DNA from: Candidatus Latescibacterota bacterium
Lineage (GTDB): Bacteria; Latescibacterota; UBA2968; UBA8231
Assembly (NCBI GenBank): GCA_965248355.1
Contig: OZ252098.1
Location: 2,464,001-2,528,000 of the forward strand
DNA: 64,000 nucleotides
Direction: 5' to 3'
Shown here: positions 60,763-64,000 of the stretch, piece after piece
Layout: each line of letters opens with the position of its first letter
Numbering within the stretch: the stretch's first letter is position 1
Notes under the pieces: generated by a model
Seen by the model: only the letters and a program-made list of their open reading frames with translations
Told to the model about the DNA's origin: nothing
The model's database searches: none
Position numbers and translations under genes: made by a program

Positions 60763-60833
60763 GAAACCGCCCGCGCCGCAGCGCGTCGAATCAACAGCCG
60801 GAGTCACAAAGCCACGGTCTGAAGGAGGCCACC

Positions 60834-61619
60834 ATCCAACCGAACAAGCTTCGCCAGCTCCTCAACGACGGGAAGCCGACCCTCGGCACCCACGTGCACA
60901 CCACCTGGCCCAACGTCGTCGAGATCCTGGGCCACACCGGCCTCTACGACTACGTGGAGTTCGTCGCCGAGTACGGCCCCTACGACCTCTACGCCTTCGA
61001 CGACATCTGCCGCGCCGCCGAGCTTCACGACCTGGGCACGATGATCAAGGTCGAGCAGGAGCCGCGCTCCTGGATCGCCCAGCGCGCCATCGGCTCGGGC
61101 TTCGAGTCCGTCCTGTTCTCCGACAGCCGCGGCGTCGAGGACGCCCGCGAGTGCCTGCGCATCTCCCGTCCCGACACCCCGGAGGACGGCGGCACCTACG
61201 GCGTCGCCTCGCGCCGGTTCGCCCACGCCGGCTACGGCGGCTCCATGGACTACGTGCAGACCCTGCGCGACATCGTCGTCGTGCTGATGATCGAGAAGCA
61301 GGGCGCCGTGGAGAGCCTGGAGCAGATCCTGGAGCTGCCCATCGACATGGTGCAGTGGGGTCCGTCGGACTACTCCATGAGTGTCGGCAAGGCCGGCCAG
61401 GGCGGCTCGCCGGAGATCAAGGCGGTGGAGAGACGGGTCATCGAGGCCTGCCTGGCCGCGGGCGTGCACCCGCGCGCCGAGATCGGCAGCGCCGACGGCG
61501 CCAAGTACTACCTCGACCTGGGGGTCCGCCACTTCTGCATCGGCACCGACGTCTCCATCCTCTTCGAGTGGTGGAAGACCAACGGCGACGCCCTGCGCAA
61601 GGCTGTGGACGGTGCCTGA
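60834..61619 (+). CDS. HpcH/HpaI aldolase family protein (apparent ATC start)
   Basis: AAGGAGG-5nt-ATC CAA CCG AAC AAG; NKLRQLL...PTLG, LMIEK, WGPSDYSMS, IGTD. Confidence 0.85.
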   Translation: MQPNKLRQLLNDGKPTLGTHVHTTWPNVVEILGHTGLYDYVEFVAEYGPYDLYAFDDICRAAELHDLGTMIKVEQEPRSWIAQRAIGSGFESVLFSDSRGVEDARECLRISRPDTPEDGGTYGVASRRFAHAGYGGSMDYVQTLRDIVVVLMIEKQGAVESLEQILELPIDMVQWGPSDYSMSVGKAGQGGSPEIKAVERRVIEACLAAGVHPRAEIGSADGAKYYLDLGVRHFCIGTDVSILFEWWKTNGDALRKAVDGA

Positions 61620-61655
61620 GGGCGCCGCAATCGGAGGCCGGAGCCGCGGCTCCCC

Positions 61656-62600
61656 ATGACCCTGGCCCCGGCCCGCCTGGATCCCCGCAAGTTCCGGGAC
61701 CCCGACGTCACCGCCGCCGGCGAGTCGCGGGCCCAGGTGGCGTTGACCCGCCTCGAGACCCTCTGGTTCAACACCGGCACCCTCTGCAACCTGACCTGCG
61801 CCAACTGCTACATCGAGTCGAGTCCGCGCAACGACCGCCTGGCCTACCTCACGGCGGCGGAGGTGGCCGCCTACCTCGACGAGATCGCGCGCGAGGGGAT
61901 GGGCACGCGCGAGATCGGCTTCACCGGCGGCGAGCCTTTCATGAACCCCGACATCCTCGACATGCTCGGAGAGGTCCTGGGCCGGGGCTTCGAGTGCCTG
62001 GTGCTGACCAACGCCATGCGGCCCATGATGAAACACGCCGAGGAGCTGCTGCGGCTGCGGGACGCCCACGGCGACCGGCTGGCGATGCGCGTCTCCATCG
62101 ACCACTACGAGCCGGCCCTGCACGAGGAGGAACGGGGGCCGCACTCCTGGGCGCCCATGATCGAGGGCCTGCGCTGGCTCTCGGATTCCGGATTCCGCGT
62201 GACGGCCGCGGGCCGCACCCTCTGGGGCGGCGGGGAGAGCGAGCTGCGCGCCGGCTTCGCCCGGCTCTTCGCCGATCTCAGCGTCCGCATCGACGCCGCC
62301 GACCCCGGGCAGTTCGTGCTCTTCCCCGAGATGGACGCCGCCGTCGACGTGCCCGAGATCACCACCGGCTGCTGGGAGATCCTCGGCCAGTCGCCCGGCG
62401 ACATCATGTGCGCCTCGTCGCGCATGGTGGTCAAGCGCAAGGGCGCGGACGCGCCCGTCGTGCTCTCCTGCACCCTCCTGCCCTATGACGAGGCCTTCGA
62501 GATGGGCGCGACCCTGGCCGAGGCCTGGGGCCCGGTGAAGCTCAACCATCCCCACTGCGCCAAGTTCTGCGTCCTCGGCGGAGCCCGCTGCTCGGCCTGA
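61656..62600 (+). CDS. Radical SAM protein
   Basis: CNLTCANC, FTGGEPF, VLTN; Cys-rich tail HPHCAKFCVLGGARC. Confidence 0.9.
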   Translation: MTLAPARLDPRKFRDPDVTAAGESRAQVALTRLETLWFNTGTLCNLTCANCYIESSPRNDRLAYLTAAEVAAYLDEIAREGMGTREIGFTGGEPFMNPDILDMLGEVLGRGFECLVLTNAMRPMMKHAEELLRLRDAHGDRLAMRVSIDHYEPALHEEERGPHSWAPMIEGLRWLSDSGFRVTAAGRTLWGGGESELRAGFARLFADLSVRIDAADPGQFVLFPEMDAAVDVPEITTGCWEILGQSPGDIMCASSRMVVKRKGADAPVVLSCTLLPYDEAFEMGATLAEAWGPVKLNHPHCAKFCVLGGARCSA

Positions 62601-62628
62601 CCTCCGGGACCCTTCCGGTCCGCCGGGG

Positions 62629-63294
62629 CTAGTCCAGCAGCTCGATCCGTCCCGCGGCGCTCTGCCGCTGCACGCACAGCAGCAGGTCGCCGCGTTCCAC
62701 ACGGATCTCGACGGGGTTGGCCGCGACCTCGTTGGAGATGCCGTCGCGGCGGCCCGGGACGAGACTCTCCCCCCGCAGGGGCCACCTCAGGCCCTCGGTC
62801 TCGATGCCGTCGGCGGCGCCGTCGAGGGGACACAGGGACAGCTTCTGCCCCAGGTCGGCGCGGAAGCGCACCCGGCCGCGGATCAGGCGGATCTCGCAGT
62901 AGTCGTCGAGCAGGCGCAGCTCGAGCCGATCCCCGAAGCTCTTCAGCAGACCCAGGTTCCACAGGGTGTGGTCGGTGCGCCGCCCGGTGAAGCCCAGCAG
63001 CACCGCCCGCTCCACCCCCAACTGCAGGGCCAGCCGCAGGACCTTCTGCAGGTCGGTGCCGGTGTCGTCGGCGTCGACGCGGACGAGGCGGTCCTCGCCG
63101 ACGGCGGCCATCCCCGGGCCGCTGACCGAGTCGAGGTCGCCGGCGATGTAGTCGGGGGCGCGCCCGAGGCGCCGGGCGGTGTCGGCCCCGCCGTCGGCGC
63201 ACAGGACCAGGTCGGCCTCCCGGGCGCAGGCGGCGAACAGCTCCCGGGAGGGCGGCTCGCCGTTGCCGACGATCAGGGCCGACCGGCCGGCCAC
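62629..63294 (-). CDS. thiN: Thiamine diphosphokinase
   Basis: CADGGAD, GDLDS, TDLQK, GRRTDH, GLRWPL, GISNE. Confidence 0.92.
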   Translation of the reverse strand: MAGRSALIVGNGEPPSRELFAACAREADLVLCADGGADTARRLGRAPDYIAGDLDSVSGPGMAAVGEDRLVRVDADDTGTDLQKVLRLALQLGVERAVLLGFTGRRTDHTLWNLGLLKSFGDRLELRLLDDYCEIRLIRGRVRFRADLGQKLSLCPLDGAADGIETEGLRWPLRGESLVPGRRDGISNEVAANPVEIRVERGDLLLCVQRQSAAGRIELLD

Positions 63295-63298
63295 GGCT

Positions 63299-64000
63299 TC
63301 ACTCTCCCGCCGGCAGGCGGGCCGTCAGCCGCACGCCCGCCTGGCGCGGGTCCCCGTAGCTCTTGTAGAGCTTGTCGGCGTAGTCGGGAGGCTCCAGGCC
63401 GAAGAAGAAGCCGCGCACCGCGTAGCGCTCGTCCAGCAGGTTGCGGCCCCAGAGCTGCACGGACCAGATCCCCCGGTGCCAGGAAATGTGGCCGTCCATC
63501 AGCCGGTAGGGCTCCGATTCCTGGTCGTGGCTCTCGGAGAAGTAGAACCGGTCGGCGCCGCTCAGCGCCAGCCGCGCCCCCAGGCCGGAGCCGTGACGGT
63601 ACTCGCCGCCCAGGCTGAAGGTGTAGCGTGGGGCGTGAGCGGCGGCGCGGTCGCCCAGGGTCACCTCCTCGCCGTCGCCGGTGGGGAAGGTGTAGGTGTC
63701 GACGTAGGTGTCCAGCAGGCCGAGGGAGCCGGTGAGGCGCAGGCCCGGCGAGACCCGCAGGCTCTGCTCCCACTCCAGGCCGCTGCTGCGCCCGGCCACG
63801 GCGTTGGCGGTGAAGTAGAAGAAACTGTTGGGATCGCCCGGATCCTGCTGGCTCGACAGCTCCACCTGCTGGTCGGAGCGAAGGGCGTGGAACAGGGTGA
63901 GGGCCGTGGTCGCCCGCGGCCCCGAGGCGCGGTACCCCACCTCGAGGTTGAGCACGTACTCGGGATCGAAGAGGCGGCTCGAGGCGGCCAGACGCGGATG
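63299..64000 (-). CDS. TonB-dependent receptor, 3' part (runs off right edge); probably thiamine uptake
   Basis: FDPEYVLNLEVG, GLEWE, APRYTFSLG, WGRNLLDERY, GDPRQAGV; adjacent to thiN. Confidence 0.85.
   Translation of the reverse strand, partial: HPRLAASSRLFDPEYVLNLEVGYRASGPRATTALTLFHALRSDQQVELSSQQDPGDPNSFFYFTANAVAGRSSGLEWEQSLRVSPGLRLTGSLGLLDTYVDTYTFPTGDGEEVTLGDRAAAHAPRYTFSLGGEYRHGSGLGARLALSGADRFYFSESHDQESEPYRLMDGHISWHRGIWSVQLWGRNLLDERYAVRGFFFGLEPPDYADKLYKSYGDPRQAGVRLTARLPAGE

Noticed and set aside
2530..62702. Many long antisense or alternate-frame ORFs (e.g. 3997..5313+, 24468..26192+, 50341..52488+, 50996..52702-, 60804..62702-)
   Set aside because: Shadow ORFs expected in high-GC DNA; they overlap well-supported genes and carry no motifs.

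Overview
High-GC bacterial DNA. The FlgD-Ig/Por-like C-terminal tails, a C-terminal SWGQVK motif and the DUF4159 gene suggest an FCB-group organism such as Candidatus Latescibacterota; this is inference only. The window has two halves. (1) About 1-46 kb is an accessory region in decay. It holds a >16 kb minus-strand envelope operon: three FG-GAP/FlgD paralogs, DUF4159, a discoidin-like/FlgD protein, an IS256-split putative Ca-binding beta-barrel, a 1048-aa TPR protein and a lipoprotein. The operon sits under a readable sigma54 -24/-12 promoter with three phased palindromic enhancer sites, directly downstream of a soluble beta-propeller/Y_Y_Y-sigma54 activator fusion. A second sigma54 promoter drives an ABC ATPase, four ABC-2 permeases, a histidine kinase and an NtrC-type regulator. 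The region also has two toxin-antitoxin pairs whose toxins are both broken, each preceded by the same 88-bp element; an ECF sigma remnant hit by a nested IS630>IS21>IS66 stack; two ISAzo13 copies; an IS5 remnant; and a lower-GC secreted metallopeptidase gene with one in-frame TAG. (2) About 46-64 kb is intact housekeeping/metabolic DNA: birA, a hydrolase, a ferredoxin, proA, htpG, a GGR-family reductase, an SDR, DUF445, ddl, a DadA-like dehydrogenase, GH172, a lactonase, an HpcH aldolase with an apparent ATC start, a radical SAM protein, thiN and a TonB-dependent receptor. No rRNA, tRNA or CRISPR array was seen. Some frameshifts could be assembly errors. All family calls are from motif recognition, not database searches.
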